In this document: positions 23,960-37,564 of the stretch, in pieces | Numbering within the stretch: position 1 is the stretch's first letter | Layout: each line of letters opens with the position of its first letter | DNA from: Mobula hypostoma | Taxonomy: Eukaryota | DNA length: 64,000 nucleotides | Reading direction: 5' to 3' | Assembly: GCF_963921235.1 (NCBI RefSeq) | Contig: NC_086097.1 | Span: 558,001-622,000 of the forward strand | Notes under the pieces: model-generated | Databases searched by the model: none | The model's input: only the letters and a program-made list of their open reading frames with translations | What the model was told of the DNA's origin: nothing | Translations under genes and position numbers: made by a program

Positions 23960-26900
23960 TAGACGCTGAGGAAAGACAAAGACAAAGGCAGTTTGAGATG
24001 GAGAAGTAAAAGCTCGAGAGGTAAACTTCTGGCTCTAGGGATAAGTTTGTTGCCAGTCGGAAAGTTAGATTGGTTCCTCCGTTTGATGAGGCTGAGGTTG
24101 ATAAGTACTTTCAGCATTTTGAGAAAGTTGCTCAGAACCCACAGTGGCCAAGAGACGGTTGGCCTCTCCTGTTACAGAGTGTAATTAAGGGTAAGGCTCA
24201 GCAGGCTTATTCTGCCCTGTCAGTTGACGATGCAGCTAATTATGTGACAGTAAAACAGGCTGTGCTTAAAGCTTATGAACTGTTTCCAGAAGTCTGTAGG
24301 CAAAGGTTTAGGAACTTGAGGAAATCTGTGAGCCAGACTCATGTGGAATTTGCTTATGAGAAGTCTGTGTGTTTTGAATGATGGTGCACATCTAAAACTG
24401 TGGATGATGACTTCAACAAATTGAAAGAGTTGATTTTAATTGAAGAGTTTAAAAGGTGTGCCCATATGATATAAAGACATATTTGGATGAGAAGGATGCT
24501 GCCACTTTACAAGAATCTGCTAAATTAGCAGATGAGTTTGCTCTAACCCACAAGTTTAAGTTTGCCCCAAGTAAGACCTTCCACAAGGGTAGCACGGATA
24601 GTCAGGGTAAACCAGAAATTAAATCTGGGTCTAGTGACAAAGGTAAGGATGAAGGGAAACAATTGAAGGAGAAACATTCTGGTCCTACTTGTCACTATTG
24701 CGGGAAACCTGGTCATGTTATGGCTAACTGTTTCCTCCTAAGGAAGAAGAAGGAAAAGGAGGCAATTCCAGATGCCTGTGTTCAACACTTTGAAACACCT
24801 ATAAACCCACAGGGTTCCAGACCTTCTGATGAAGGCTATCAAAGGCTGAGATGTCTGACGTGGTCAGGAAAGAATTCATTCCTTTTATGTCAGAGGGGTT
24901 TGTTTCAGTGAACGAAGGGTCCTCCCCGGTACCAGTGAAAATTCTTCGAGATACTGGGGCTTCTCAGTCATTCTTGTTAGACAATGTTCTAGAGTTTAGA
25001 GATGAGACTGCCATTGGTGAGGTAAATCTTATTCAAGGCATTGGGGATGACATTGTTTCTGTACCTTTGCACAAGGTAATTTTGAAGTCAGAGTTAGTTT
25101 CAGGACTGGTTAAGATAGGACTACGGCCCAGTTTACTGGTGACAGGTGTTTCTTTGTTGTTAGGGAATGACCTGGCAGGTGGTAAAGTTGTCCCTGCAGT
25201 GCAGCTGACGACTAAGCCAAACACTGATGACCCAAAGATGGATTCTAATGTTTATCCATCCTGTGCAGTAACTCGAGCTATGGCAAAGAAGCTTGCCAGT
25301 GCGGATGGTCCTGTGCAGCATGGTTCTGCTACCCATGATAGCCCAAATCGGGACTCAGGTCTTGATGACCCGTCAGTGACTTTCCTTCCGTCATTATTGG
25401 AACAGGATCCTTGTATTAGGGCTGACTATAAAGATTTGTCTCTGTCCAGGAAGCAGTTTATAGCAGAACAGACCAGAGACCCTGAGATTGCAGCCTTGAG
25501 AGAAAAAGCTCTCCCAGGTGATGAGATTGAAAAAGTACCAGTTGGGTACTTTTCAAGGATGGAGTGTTAATGAGGAAGTGGAGACCACCTGATATTCCTG
25601 CATTTGGTGAACCCTTTTCTAAAGTTATTGTGGGTTGTGTTGGCCCATTGTCCAAAACTAAAGCTGGCCATCAGTATTTTCTAACCATCATGTGTACATC
25701 ATCTAGATTTCCAGAAGCAATACCCCTCAGGAATATAAGAGCTCCAACTGTGTTGAAGGTTCTCATAAAGTTTTTCACCCTATTTGGTTTGCCTAAAGAA
25801 ATCCAGTCCGATCAAGGAAGTAATTTTATGTCAGAATTATTCCAGCAAGATAGTTTACAAACTGGGAGCCAAATAAATTACGTTGTCTGCGTACCATCCA
25901 GAATCCCAAGGGGCCTTAGAAAGATTTCATCCTACCCTCAAAATCATGATTAGGACATTCTGTATTGAAAATGAGAAGGATTGGGATGAGGGAGTTCACT
26001 TGCTTCAATTTGCAGTAGGGGAGTCAGTGCAAGAGTCCCTAGGCTTTAGCCCCTTTGAACTTGTGTTTGGACACCAGGTCCGAGGTCCTTTGGCATTATT
26101 AAAAAAGCAATGGATTAACAATGACCTGCATATTAATTTGTTGGACTATGTTTTAAAATTCAAAGATAGATTGAAAAGGGCTAGCAACTTAGCAAGGGAA
26201 AATTTAAAATCAGCCCAGGAAAGAATGAAAACTTGTTATGATAAGGAAGCCAGAATGAGGTCATTCAAGCTGGGAGATAAGGTACTTGTTTTGTTCCCTG
26301 TGCAAACAAACCCATTGCAAGCTAAGTTTCATGGTCCTTACGAAATTGTGTCTAAAATCAATGGTGTGGATTATGTAGTCAAAACACCAGAGAGACGAAG
26401 GCCAATGCAGTTTTGCAACGTAAACATGCTTAAGCTGTATCATGAGAAACAGACAGCAGCTGTGACAGTTGCTGTCAATAACAATGAATCTGAACTCTGG
26501 GAATTTACTAGCTGATCCATCTGAGGCCTATTTTAAATCAAACATTATTTCAGCCAGATTGACAAATTCAACTATTTTGGAAAATCTTGATGAGAAATTG
26601 GCTCATTTAAAGCCACAGCAGTGGCAACAGGTGAAGCAGTTGATCATGAAATTTCAGGATTTATTTCCTGATGTTCCAAAAAGAACCACAGTAGCCTCAC
26701 ATGATGTAGGTGCCAGTGATGCCAGACCTATAAAACAGTATCCGTATCACATGAATATTGAAAAGTGTAGACTTGCTGAACAAGAGATTGAGTTGGAAAA
26801 TGGTATTATTAGGCATTCTACTTCAGATTGGATCTCACCTTGTGTTATGATACCTAAACCAGATGGTAGTATCAGGTTTTGCACTGATTACAGAAAGGTG

Positions 26901-27614
26901 AATGTTATAACAAAAACAGATGCTTATCCCATCCCGAGAGTGGATGATTGTGTAGACAAGGTTGGAAAAGCTAAGCTCCTTGGTTATGTTGTAGGTCAAG
27001 GCAGGTTGCCTCCTGTTCAGGCAATTTCTGAGTTTCCCATTCCAACTGGTAAAAAAGCACTTAGAAGATTCCTGGGAATGGTCGGATATTATCACAAGTT
27101 CTGTAAGAACTTTGCTGATGTTGTTCTCCAATTGACTAACCTCCTGAAGAAGGGTGAAAAGTTTGTTTGGATAGAGCCTTGTCAGGAGGCATTTGATAAA
27201 TTGAAAGCCATCTTATGTCACCAACCTGTGCTCAAGTCACCTGACTTTGCAAAGCTATTTTCCATAGCCGTAGATGCCAGTGATGAAGCTGCAGGAGCAG
27301 TGTTACTACAAAGGGATGATTATGATGATGTTGACCATCCTGTGGCTTACTTTTCCAAGAAATTCAATGAGCATCAAAGAAATTATTCCACCATCAAGAA
27401 GGAATTATTATCACTTATTTTGGCTTTGCAGTATTTTGATGTGCATGTTTACCCAGCTCAGAAACTAACTTGTGGTTTATACAGATCATAATCCATTGGT
27501 GTTCTTGAGTAAGGTGAAAAACAAAAAATAGACAGTTGTTGAATTGGAGTTTGATTTTACAGGAATATGATCTCATGATAACTCACATTAAAGGCAAGGA
27601 TAATATAATTGCCG
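23960..27614 (+). mobile_element. Gmr1-like Gypsy internal region (SCAN-like gag, CCHC knuckle, PR, IN, RT, RNase H), decayed; 5' LTR missing
   Basis: VDKYFQHFEKVA...W; CHYCGKPGHVMANC; LRDTGASQS; integrase FPEAIPL...IQSDQGSNF lying upstream of RT PKPDGSIRFCTDYRKVN; RNase H VDASD...VAYFSKK. Confidence 0.9.
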
Positions 27615-27754
27615 GAGTCTCCACTTGACAGCGCATGGAGCAAGACATCTTTTTGTCTTAGCTCCATTTTTTTATAACTTACTTTCCACTGCTAGAGCTG
27701 TTTTAAGTTTGAAGATTTATTATACTTGCTGAAAGATTTTACAGTTTAAATACG

Positions 27755-28633
27755 ATGGCTGGAACTGAATTGCATAGTGGCAAAACCCTTCCTGAACTGC
27801 AGCAAACGGAGAAATCAGAGGAAGTTTCTACTCTGGAAAAAATGTTCTCCTTAATGGAAGCTATGAATGTGAAGATCGGTACGTTGGATACCAAAATGGA
27901 TAAACTGATGAAAGCTAATGAATTGTTTGAAAAAACCATCATTGTTATTCAGGAGTATTTGAAGAGTCTGGAAGATCAATATCAGACGCTTAAGCAGAGC
28001 AATCACAGAATTGGAAGAGATTTTGAATTAATGGATCAATTTATTAAGGAACAGGATTTGAAGATATCTTTTATGGAAAAGAAAATTAATGAGAATACTT
28101 CGGAACTATCAAGGATTAAGAAGAAAACAATTGATTTGGAAAGCAGAAGTCGCAGGACGAATATAAGTATACTGGGTTTGCCTGAAAATATGGAAACCGG
28201 TGAGCCACTTAAGTTCTTTTCGAACATATTATATTCACTTTTTGGTGACATTCTTGAAGCTCGTCCAATATTGGACAGAGCCCACCGAAATGGACATCTT
28301 AAATCATCAGTCGAAATTAAATCACCAGCTGGAATTAAACCACGTCCTGTTATTCTCTGTTTGCATTATTTTTCAACCAAAGAAGCTATTCTTCAGAATG
28401 CGAGGAAAAGGGATAAGTTAATCTATAATGAAGTCCAGATTCGTATAGTGGAAGACTATGCCCCAGAGACTTATACCGAAAGAATCAAATATCGCGAAGT
28501 GATGGTGGAATTTTTAAAAATGAATCTCCAACCATCCCTGCGCTACCCCGCGCATTTGATGATTACTCCACCCAATGCTCGTCTAAAATGGATTGATTCG
28601 CCAGAAGATGGTTGGAAATTTATAAGAGTTTAA
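27755..28633 (+). CDS. L1-type ORF1p (coiled coil + RRM/CTD), open 292 aa
   Basis: Heptad-rich N-terminal half followed by DLESRSRRTNISILGLPE, LDRAHR, PRPVI and IRIVED motifs. Confidence 0.85.
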   Translation: MAGTELHSGKTLPELQQTEKSEEVSTLEKMFSLMEAMNVKIGTLDTKMDKLMKANELFEKTIIVIQEYLKSLEDQYQTLKQSNHRIGRDFELMDQFIKEQDLKISFMEKKINENTSELSRIKKKTIDLESRSRRTNISILGLPENMETGEPLKFFSNILYSLFGDILEARPILDRAHRNGHLKSSVEIKSPAGIKPRPVILCLHYFSTKEAILQNARKRDKLIYNEVQIRIVEDYAPETYTERIKYREVMVEFLKMNLQPSLRYPAHLMITPPNARLKWIDSPEDGWKFIRV

Positions 28634-30587
28634 GTCTACTCTGTAAGCAATTTGAAAAGTTGATCCTTAGCTGGGAGTGGTTTGTAATCCTGTTGATGAA
28701 AGTCTGCTTTTCGTTTTATCAATGTTCAGATACAGACTTGGTTAACTTCCTTAGATCTGTTGTTGTTTAACAATTAATGTAGTTCTGAGCTTAATACATA
28801 TATATTTACTTATTTTTTTCTTGATTTGTAAGTCTTTAATATTAGTTGTAGTATATATTAGTATTTATCCTTTTATTTTGAATACATGGCTGTGTATTTT
28901 AAATGGATTTAAGATGGCCGTCGTTAACTCGGTTTTAATTACTGTTAGACACAATATGAAAATATTTGGAATTTGTTTACTTCTTTATGTATTCTTTGTT
29001 ATGTCTTGTTGGTGGTGGTATTTTTATACTTTGTAAATGGAGCTGCCATCTGGAGACGGGTTAAAGGTCAGTAGTTTAGCATGTTATTTGCCTATTGGAC
29101 GACTTCCGGGCTTTTGGGGGAGGTGGGTGGGGCTATTAGGTTAGTTTTTTTCCGACTGGGCAGTCCTGAGGGGTTTTTCTTTGTCAATCATCTTGCTGCT
29201 CTTTCTGATCGAGTCAAGCTTCAACTTTTCTTCCAGTTTAGGCTGCGCCTGTGCGTTAGAATACTTTATAGAACTTTCAAATTAAATTTTAAATATGGAT
29301 CTCAATAAAATCAATATAATATCGTGGAACTTAAACAGTATGAACCAACCTATTAAGCATAGAAAGATTCTTAAAAATTAATAACACTTCATGCAGATAT
29401 TATTTTTGCACAGGAGATGCATATTCGTAAACAAGATGAAAGTCATTTTTTAATTTTGGAAGGGACCCTTATTTCAATCTTTATTAGTAAATAAAATAAG
29501 AGGGATATCTATTTTTATTAACTCTAAAATCCCTTTTGTCCATTTTAATACTATTACTGATTTAATTGGAAGATATTTGATTGTAACTGGTTTGTTGTGT
29601 GGTCAAAAGGTGGCTTTAGTTTGTGTATACACGCCTAATACAGATAGCCCCAATTTTTTTAAGAAGCTATTTCCTGTATTGCCGATTTTAAATAAATATA
29701 AGTTGATTATGGGCAGTGACTTTAACTGCTGTCTTAACCCGTTGATTGATAGATCGTCCACCAACCCGTCACTTCCTAATAAAGCTGCAACTTGCATTAA
29801 TTCTTTTTTTGGTAGAATATGGTTTGGTCGATATTTGGAGATTTAAATTTCCTGAAGAAAAAGATTTTTCCTTTTTTTCCACGTGTATATCATAAATATT
29901 CAAGAATCGATTTTTTTTTGGATATGCGATTGGTGACCTCTGTTGTTTAATGTGCCTATGATGTGATTGTTATCAGATCACGCACCTATGAAACTAAATT
30001 TGGAACTTTCTGATAATATTTACAGACCTCAGTGGAGATTTAACATTTTATTTTTGCAAGTTTCAACTTTTGTAAATTTTATTAAAGAACAAATTCCTCT
30101 ATTTTTTTAATTGAACACAACTGAGGAAATGTCAAATTTAGTTATTTGGGATACTATGAAATCTTTTCTTAGGGGACAGACAATTTCATATTCAGCGGGT
30201 TTGAGGAGGAAAACTAAGGCGGAAATTTTGCTGATTACTAATAGAATTAAAGAAATAGATAAACTTTATTCAGTAATGCCTAGTGAAGATCTCTTTAAGG
30301 AAAGGGTGGAACTCCAAGCACAACATGATTTGCTGTTGACTTTTCCTATTGAACAGCAACTTTTTAAATCCAAAAGCCAGTTTTATATACATGGAGACAA
30401 ATCAGGCAAATTATTAGCTGGTCAGTTGAAAGCAAGTATGGCTAGAAGACAGATTCTAAAAATAAGAAGACCTGACACAACTACAACGGGTTATTGAGGG
30501 TATTCTATAGGCCCGTTGGTAGCAGCAGAGATACAGAGGAGCAGATTGGGAGGCAGATTTTGGAAAGGTGCAAAAATAACAGGGTTG

Positions 30588-33500
30588 CTACTGGAAAGCG
30601 GCCAGTGAGTGAGTGGGCCAGTGAAGGACTGGAGCTTTGAGGCTTTGACTCGAGAGATTCTGGCAGTTTTGGCAGTTGGTCTGTGCAATCAGATCAGCAG
30701 TAAGCCGTTAATTAGACAATCAAGATTTGAATAGCTCAGACTCAGCAGAAAGCAGCTGACTGGGCAGTCGAGGTCAGGTGACCAAACATTTTGAAAAGCT
30801 CAAACAGACAAATAGAGGGATAGCTCAAGCGAAGCGGCCAGTGTGTGAGTGGGCCAGTGAAGGAGTGGAGCTTTGTGGCTTTGACTCGAGAGGCTTTGAC
30901 GAGAAGAGGTGGAGGACAAGCTAGCTCGCAGTTAGTTTTTACAATGTCTCCTGAGACGGTGATGTGCCTCTCATGTGAGATGTGGCAGTCTTGGGGGAAC
31001 TCCCCTCTCCCGCAGAGTCACATCTGCCAGAAGTGCATATGCCTGGGTGATCTGGAAGACCGTGTAAGGAATCTGGAGCAGCAGCTGGATGACCTTCGAC
31101 TCATAAGGGAGAATGAGGCAGTCATAGATGAGAGCTACAGGGAGGTAGTCACACCTGGGCTGTCGGAAGCAGGTCGTTGGGTGACAGTCAGAGGGGGGAA
31201 AGCGAAGGTGAGCAGACAGGTAGAGCAGAGCACCCGTGTAGCCATTCCCCTGAATAATAAGTTTACCGTCCTGGATACTGTTGGCGGGGATGACCGATCA
31301 GGTGTGAGCCACGGTGGCAGGGCCTCCGGCACTGAGTCTGACCCTGTGGTGCAGAGGGTGGGACGGAGAAGAGGAGAGCTATTGTCATTGGAGACTCTAT
31401 AGTCAGGGGAGCAGACAGGAGATTTTGTGGACGTGAGAAGGACACCCGCATGGTTTGTTGCCTCCCGGGTGCCAGGGTCCGGGATGTCTCTGACCGGGTG
31501 CACGACATCCTGCTACGAGAGGGAAAGCAACCAGAAGTCGTGATACATGTTGGGACCAACGACATAGGCAGGAAGAGGGATGAGGTCCTGAAGTGTGAGT
31601 TTCAGGAACTAGGCAGAAGGCTGAAGAACAGGACGTCAAGGGTGGCGTTCTCAGGATTGCTGCCAGTGCTACGTGACAGCGATGGTAAGAATTGGAGGAG
31701 ATGGCAGTTGAATGCGTGGCTGAAGAGTTGGTGCAGGGAGCAGGGTTTTAGATTTTTAGATCATTGGGATCTCTTCTGGGGAAGGTGGGACCTGTACAGA
31801 TTGGATGGGTTGCACCTGAACTCGAGGGGGAGCAATATCCTTGCAGGTAGGTTTGCTAGCATGGTTCGGGAGGGTTTAAAGTAATTTGCAAGGGGGATGG
31901 GACCCAGAGCGATAGAGCAGTGAAAGAAGTGCATGGAGTAAAGCCAGGTCTAACATATAGAGAGGCTTTGAGGAAAGAGAAGCAGAATAAATGGTGTAAA
32001 GACAGTAAGGTAGAAGGGCAGAAATGTATGTACCTCAATGTAAGAAGCATCAGGAACAAAGGTGATGAACTGAGAGCTTGGATACATATATGGAATTATG
32101 ATGTAGTGGCCATTACAGAGACTTGGCTGGCACCAGGGCAGGAATGGATTCTCAATACTCCTGGATTTCAGTGCTTTAAAAGGGATAGAGAGGGTGGAAA
32201 AAGGGGAGAAGGGGTGGCATTACTGGTCAGGGATACTATTACAGCTACAGAAAGGGTGGGTAATGTAGCAGGATCCTTTTTTGAGTCAATATGGGCGTAA
32301 GTCAGGAACAGGAAGGGAGCAGTTACTCTATTGGGGGTATTCTATAGGCCCCCTGGTAGCAGCAGAGATACAGAGGAGCAGATTGGGAGGCAGATTTTGG
32401 AAAGGTGCAAAAATAACAGGGTTGTTATCATGGGTGACTTTAACTTCCCTAATATTGATTGGCACCTGATTAGTTCCAAGGGTTTAGATGGGGCAGAGTT
32501 TGTTAAGTGTGTCCAGGACGGATTCAGTGTCACAGTACGTGGACAGGCCGACCAGGGGGAATGCCTTACTAGATCTAGTACTAGGTAATGAACCGGGTCA
32601 GGTCACAGATCTCTCAGTGGGTGAGCATCTGGGGGACAGTGACCACCGCTCCCTGGCCTTTAGCATTATCATGGAAAAGGATATAATCAGAGAGGACAGG
32701 AAAATTTTTAATTCGGGAAGGGCAAATTATGAGGCTATAAGGCTAGAACTTGCGGGTGTGAATTGGGATGATGTTTTTGCAGGGAAATGTACTATGGACA
32801 TGTGGTCGATGTTTAGAGATCACTTGCGGGATGTTAGGGATAAATTTGTCCCGGTGAGGAAGATAAAGAATGGTAGGGTGAAGGAACCATGGGTGACAAG
32901 TGAGGTGGAAAACCTAGTCAGTTGGAAGAAGGCAGCATACATGAGGTTTAGGAAACAAGGATCAGATTGGTCTATTGAGGAATATAGGGAAGCAAGAAAA
33001 GAGCTTAATAAGGGGTTGAGAATAGCAAGAATGGTGCATGAGAGGGCCTTGGCAAGTAGGGTAAAGGAAAACCCCAAGGCATTCTTCAATCATGTGAAGA
33101 AAAAAAGGATGACAGGAGTGAAGGTAGGACCGATTAGAGATAAAGGTCGGAAGATGTGCCTGGAGACTGTGGAAGTGAGCGAGGTCCTCAATGAATACTT
33201 CTCTTCGGTATTCACCAATGAGAGGGAACTTGATGATGATGAGGACAATATGAGTGAGGTTGATGTTCTGGAGCATGTTGATATTAAGGGAGAGGAGGTG
33301 TTGGAGTTGTTAAAATACATTAGGACAGATAAGTCCCCGGGCCTGATGGAATATTCCCCAAGCTGCTCCACGAGGCGATGGAAGAGATTGCTGAGCCTCT
33401 GGCTAGGATCTTTATGTCCTCGTTGTCCACGGAAATGGTACTGGAGGATTGGAGGGAGGCGAATGTTGTCCTTTTGTTCAAAAAAGGTAGTAGGGATATT

Positions 33501-35128
33501 CCGGGTAATTATAGACCAGTGAGCCTTACGTCTGTGGTGGGAAAGCTGTTGGAAAAGATTCTTAGGGATAGGATCTATAGGCATTTACAGAATCATGGTC
33601 TGATCAGGGACAGTCAGCATGACTTTGTGAAGGACAGATCGTGTCTAACAAGCCTGATCGAGTTCTTTGAGGAGGTGACCAGGCATATAGATGAGCGTAG
33701 TGCAGTGGATGTGATCTATTTGGATTTTAGTAAGGCATTTGACAAAGTTCCACATGGTAGGCTTATTCAGAAAGTTAGAAGGCATGGGATCCATGGAAGT
33801 TTGGCCAGGTGGATTCAGAATTGGCTTGCCTGCAGAAGGCAGAGGGTCGTGGTGAAGGGAGTACATTCAAATTGGAGGATTGTGACTAGTGGTGTCCCAC
33901 AAGGATCTGTTCTGGGACCTCTACTTTTCGTGATTTTTATTAACGACCTGGATGTGGGGGTAGAAGGGTGGGTTGGCAAGTTTGCAGACGACACAAAGGT
34001 TGGTGGTGTTGCAGATAGTGTAGAGTATTGTCAAAGATTGCAGAGAGACGTTGATAGGATGCAGAAGTGGGCTGAGAAGTAGCAGATGGAGTTCAACCCG
34101 GAGAAGTGTGAGGTGGTTCACTTTGGAAGGACAATCTCCAAGGCAGAGTACAAAGTAAATGGCAAGATACTTGGTAGTGTGGAGGAGCAGGGGGATCTCG
34201 GGGTACATGTCCACAGATCCCTGAAAGTTGCCTCACAGGTGGATAGGGTAGTTAAGAAAGCTTATGGGGTGTTAGCTTTCATAAGTTGAGAGATAGAGTT
34301 TAAGAGTCACGATGTAATGATGCAGCTCTATAAAACGCTGGTTAGGCCACACTTGGAGTATTGTGTCCAGTTCTGGTCACCTCACTATAGGAAGGATGTG
34401 GAAGCATCGGAAAGGGTACAGAGGAGATTTACCAGGATGCTGCCTGGTTTAGAAAGTATGCATTATGATCAGAGATTAAGGGAGCTAGGGTTTTACTCTT
34501 TGGAGAGAAGGAGGATGAGAGGAGACATGATAGAGGTGTATAAGATAATAAGAGGAATAGATAGAGTGGATAGCCAGCGCCTCTTCCCCAGGGCACCACT
34601 GCTCAATACAAGAGGACATGGCTTTAAGGTAAGGGGTGGGAAGTTCAGGTGGGATATTACAGCAAGGTTTTTTACTCAGAGAAAAACAACAGGAATTCTG
34701 CAGATGCTGGAAATTCAAGCAACACACATCAAAGTTGCTGGTGAACGCAGCAGGCCAAGCAGCATCTGTAGGAAGAGGTGCAGTCGACGTTTCAGGCCGA
34801 GACCCTTTGTCAGGACTAACTGAAGGAAGAGTGAGTAAGGGATCCCTTACTCACTCTTCCTTCAGTTAGTCCTGACGAAGGGTCTCGGCCTGAAACATCG
34901 ACTGCACCTCTTCCTACAGATGCTTTTTACTCAGAGAGTTGTTGGTGCGTGGAATGCACTGCCTGAGTCAGTGGTGGAGGCAGATGCACTAGTGAAGTTT
35001 AAGAGACTACTAGACAGGTATATGGAGGAATTTAAGGTGGGTGCTTATATGGGAGGCAGGATTTGAGGGTCGGCACAACATTGTGGGCCGAAGGGCCTGT
35101 ACTGTGCTGTACTATTCTATGTTCTATG
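30588..35128 (+). mobile_element. Full-length CR1 LINE (5' UTR, ORF1 zinc finger + SGNH esterase, ORF2 APE-RT, ttctatg tail), a few stops and frameshifts
   Basis: CLSCEMW...HICQKC, HVGTND, DGLHLN; ORF2 [31 protein letters not shown]; tail at ~35114-35128. Confidence 0.92.
34683..34923. mobile_element. Penelope-like mini-insert with inverted arms and two hammerhead motifs (34782-34817 minus, 34868-34903 plus)
   Basis: 14-bp TSD tttttactcagaga (34669-34682, 34924-34937). Near-perfect palindrome from 34761 to 34924 centred on gggatccc. Confidence 0.88.
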
Positions 35129-36242
35129 TTATCATGGGTGACTTTAACTTCCCTAATATTGATTGGAACCTGATTAGTTCCAAGGGTTTAGATGGGGCAG
35201 AGTTTGTTAAGTGTGTCCAGGACGGATTCCTGCCACAGTATGTGGACAGGCCGACTGGGGGGAATGCCATACTAGATCTAGTATTAGGTAATGAACCGGG
35301 TCAGGTCACAGATCTCTCAGTGGGTGAGCATCTGGGGGACAGTGACCATCGCTCCCTGGCCTTTAGCATTATCATGGAAAAGGATATAATCAAGGACAGG
35401 AAAATTTTTAATTGGGGAAGGGCAAATTATGAGGCTATAAGGCTAGAACTTGCGGGTGTGAATTGGGATGATGTTTTTGCAGGGAAATGTACTATGGACA
35501 TGTGGTCGATATTTAGAGATCTCTTGCAGGATGTTAGGGATAAATTTGTCCTGGTGAGGAAGATAAAGAATGGTAGGGTGCAGGAACCATGGATGACAAG
35601 TGAGGTGGAAAATCTAGTCAGGTGGAAGAAGGCAGCATGCATGAGGTTTAGGAAGCAAGGATCAGATGGGTCTATTGTGGAAGATAGGGAAGCAAGAAAG
35701 GAGTTTAAGAAGGGGCTGAGAAGAGCAAGAAGGGGGCATGAGAAGGCCTTGGTGAGTAGGGTAAAGGAAAACCCCAAGGCATTCTTCAATTGTGTGAAGA
35801 AAAAAAGGATGACAGGCATGAAGGTAGGACCGATTAGAGATAAAGGTGGGAAGATGTGCCTGGAGGCTGTGGAAGTGAGCGAGGTCCTCAATGAATACTT
35901 CTCTTCGGTATTCACCAATGAGAGGGAACTTGATGACGGTGAGGACAATATGAGTGAGGTTGATGTTCTGGAGCATGTTGATATTAAGGGAGAGGAGGTG
36001 TTGGAGTTGTTAAAATACATTGGGACGGATAAGTCCCCGGGGCCTGACGGAATATTCCCCAGGCTGCTCCACGAGGCGAGGGAGAGATTGCTGAGCCTCT
36101 GGCTAAGATCTTTATGTCATCGTTGTCCACTGGAATGGTACCGGATGATTGAAGGGAGGCGAATGTTGTCCCCTTGTTCAAAAAAGGTAGTAGGGACAGT
36201 CCGGGTAATTACAGACCAGTGAGCCTTGCGTCTGTGGTGGGA
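35129..36242 (+). mobile_element. Older CR1 ORF2 fragment of the same family (its 5' part is ~30492-30587)
   Basis: ...aaataacagggttg (to 30587) joins ttatcatgggtgac (from 35129), reproducing the contiguous sequence at 32411-32440. Confidence 0.85.
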
Positions 36243-37353
36243 ATTGGAACTTCAAGTCATTTACAGATAATCAATGGAGTAAAACTCATTTATTTGTGCC
36301 CGTCATTCCATATTACAGTTCCAGGTAGTACACCGGGCCCATATGTCAAAGGATAAATTTGCGCGTATCTTCCCTAATATTAATCCAATTTGTGACAGGT
36401 GTAATACTGAGTTGGCCACTTTAACTCATATGTATTGGTCTAGTACAAAGCTAGATTACTTTTGGAGAGATGTTTTTAAAACACCATCAAGAGTTTTGGA
36501 TCTGGATATACAAACTCACTTGCTTATGGCAATTTTTGGGATTATCCCCTCGGAAGCAAGAAATATTCTGCAGTAATGCCTTTTCGACATTACTGGCTCG
36601 GAGGGCCATTTTATTGAAGTGGAAGGATTCTAATTGACCTACGGTCTTTTACTGGCTCTCCTCCATTATGTCCTGTTTAAGTTTAGAGAAAATAAGAAGT
36701 CGGACATTTGATACATCCTTTAAATCTGAGCAAATATGGCGACCTTTTATCCAATATTTTCATTTAATTTGATTTATTATGCTTTCAATTTTTTTTCGAC
36801 GTCTTGGATTTGATCAGAAAGTATTTTCTTTCTTTTTTTGTCATATCCTCAAAATGGACTGTCCAGTCCTTTTTTTTTTGTTTTATTATAGTGTAGTGGA
36901 TTTTTTTCTTTTCATTTAAAATCCAACGTTTTTTCTTTTCTTTTCATAAACTGGTAAGAGGAGAATTGTTATTTTCTTTTTTTTTAATTGTTATATATTT
37001 TACACTAGTTTAACATTATCTATGATTTTGACATTTATCTTAATCTTTATAATGTAACTGATATATGTATTTGAACTAATTCACCTCTTGACTGTATCAT
37101 TGCCTTTTTAAAAAATCAATAAAAAGATTAATAAAGGAAAAGGATAATATAATTGCCGATTGTCTTCCCAGATGTTAAGTTTATGGTGTACTTTTAATAG
37201 TGGAATGGGAGTTACTATTTGAATACGCTTCTGCAATATGTTATATGTCTGTAGTACACTATATAGTAACTGTAAATGTATTGTTTCACATACTGTAGTT
37301 TGCAGTTAAAATTTTGCTCTTACAAATCAAAATTTTCCCTTTTTTGGGGGAGG

Positions 37354-37482
37354 TGTTACGTGACCACCGTTTCATTTACTGTGGGTGTCACTTTAAAATG
37401 CCTGGATGAGGCGGGACTATGACATCAGTATAACAAGCTGTGACAGACCGCTGGGACAGAGAGAGACAGAGAGACAGAGAGA

Positions 37483-37564
<82 letters not shown>

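Larger units (their letters stand above)
27615..37139 (+). mobile_element. L1/Tx1-like LINE inserted in the Gypsy pol end; RT region replaced by CR1 copies (~30492-36242)
   Basis: 19-bp TSD aaggataatataattgccg (27596-27614, 37140-37158). ORF1 at 27755-28633, endonuclease relics at ~29295-30490, C-terminal CDRC...HMYWS at 36343-36576, AATAAA near 37118. Confidence 0.88.

Noticed and set aside
35041..36222. Longest ORF (393 aa) as a host gene
   Set aside because: CR1 3' UTR fused to an older CR1 ORF2 fragment, with a frameshifted end.
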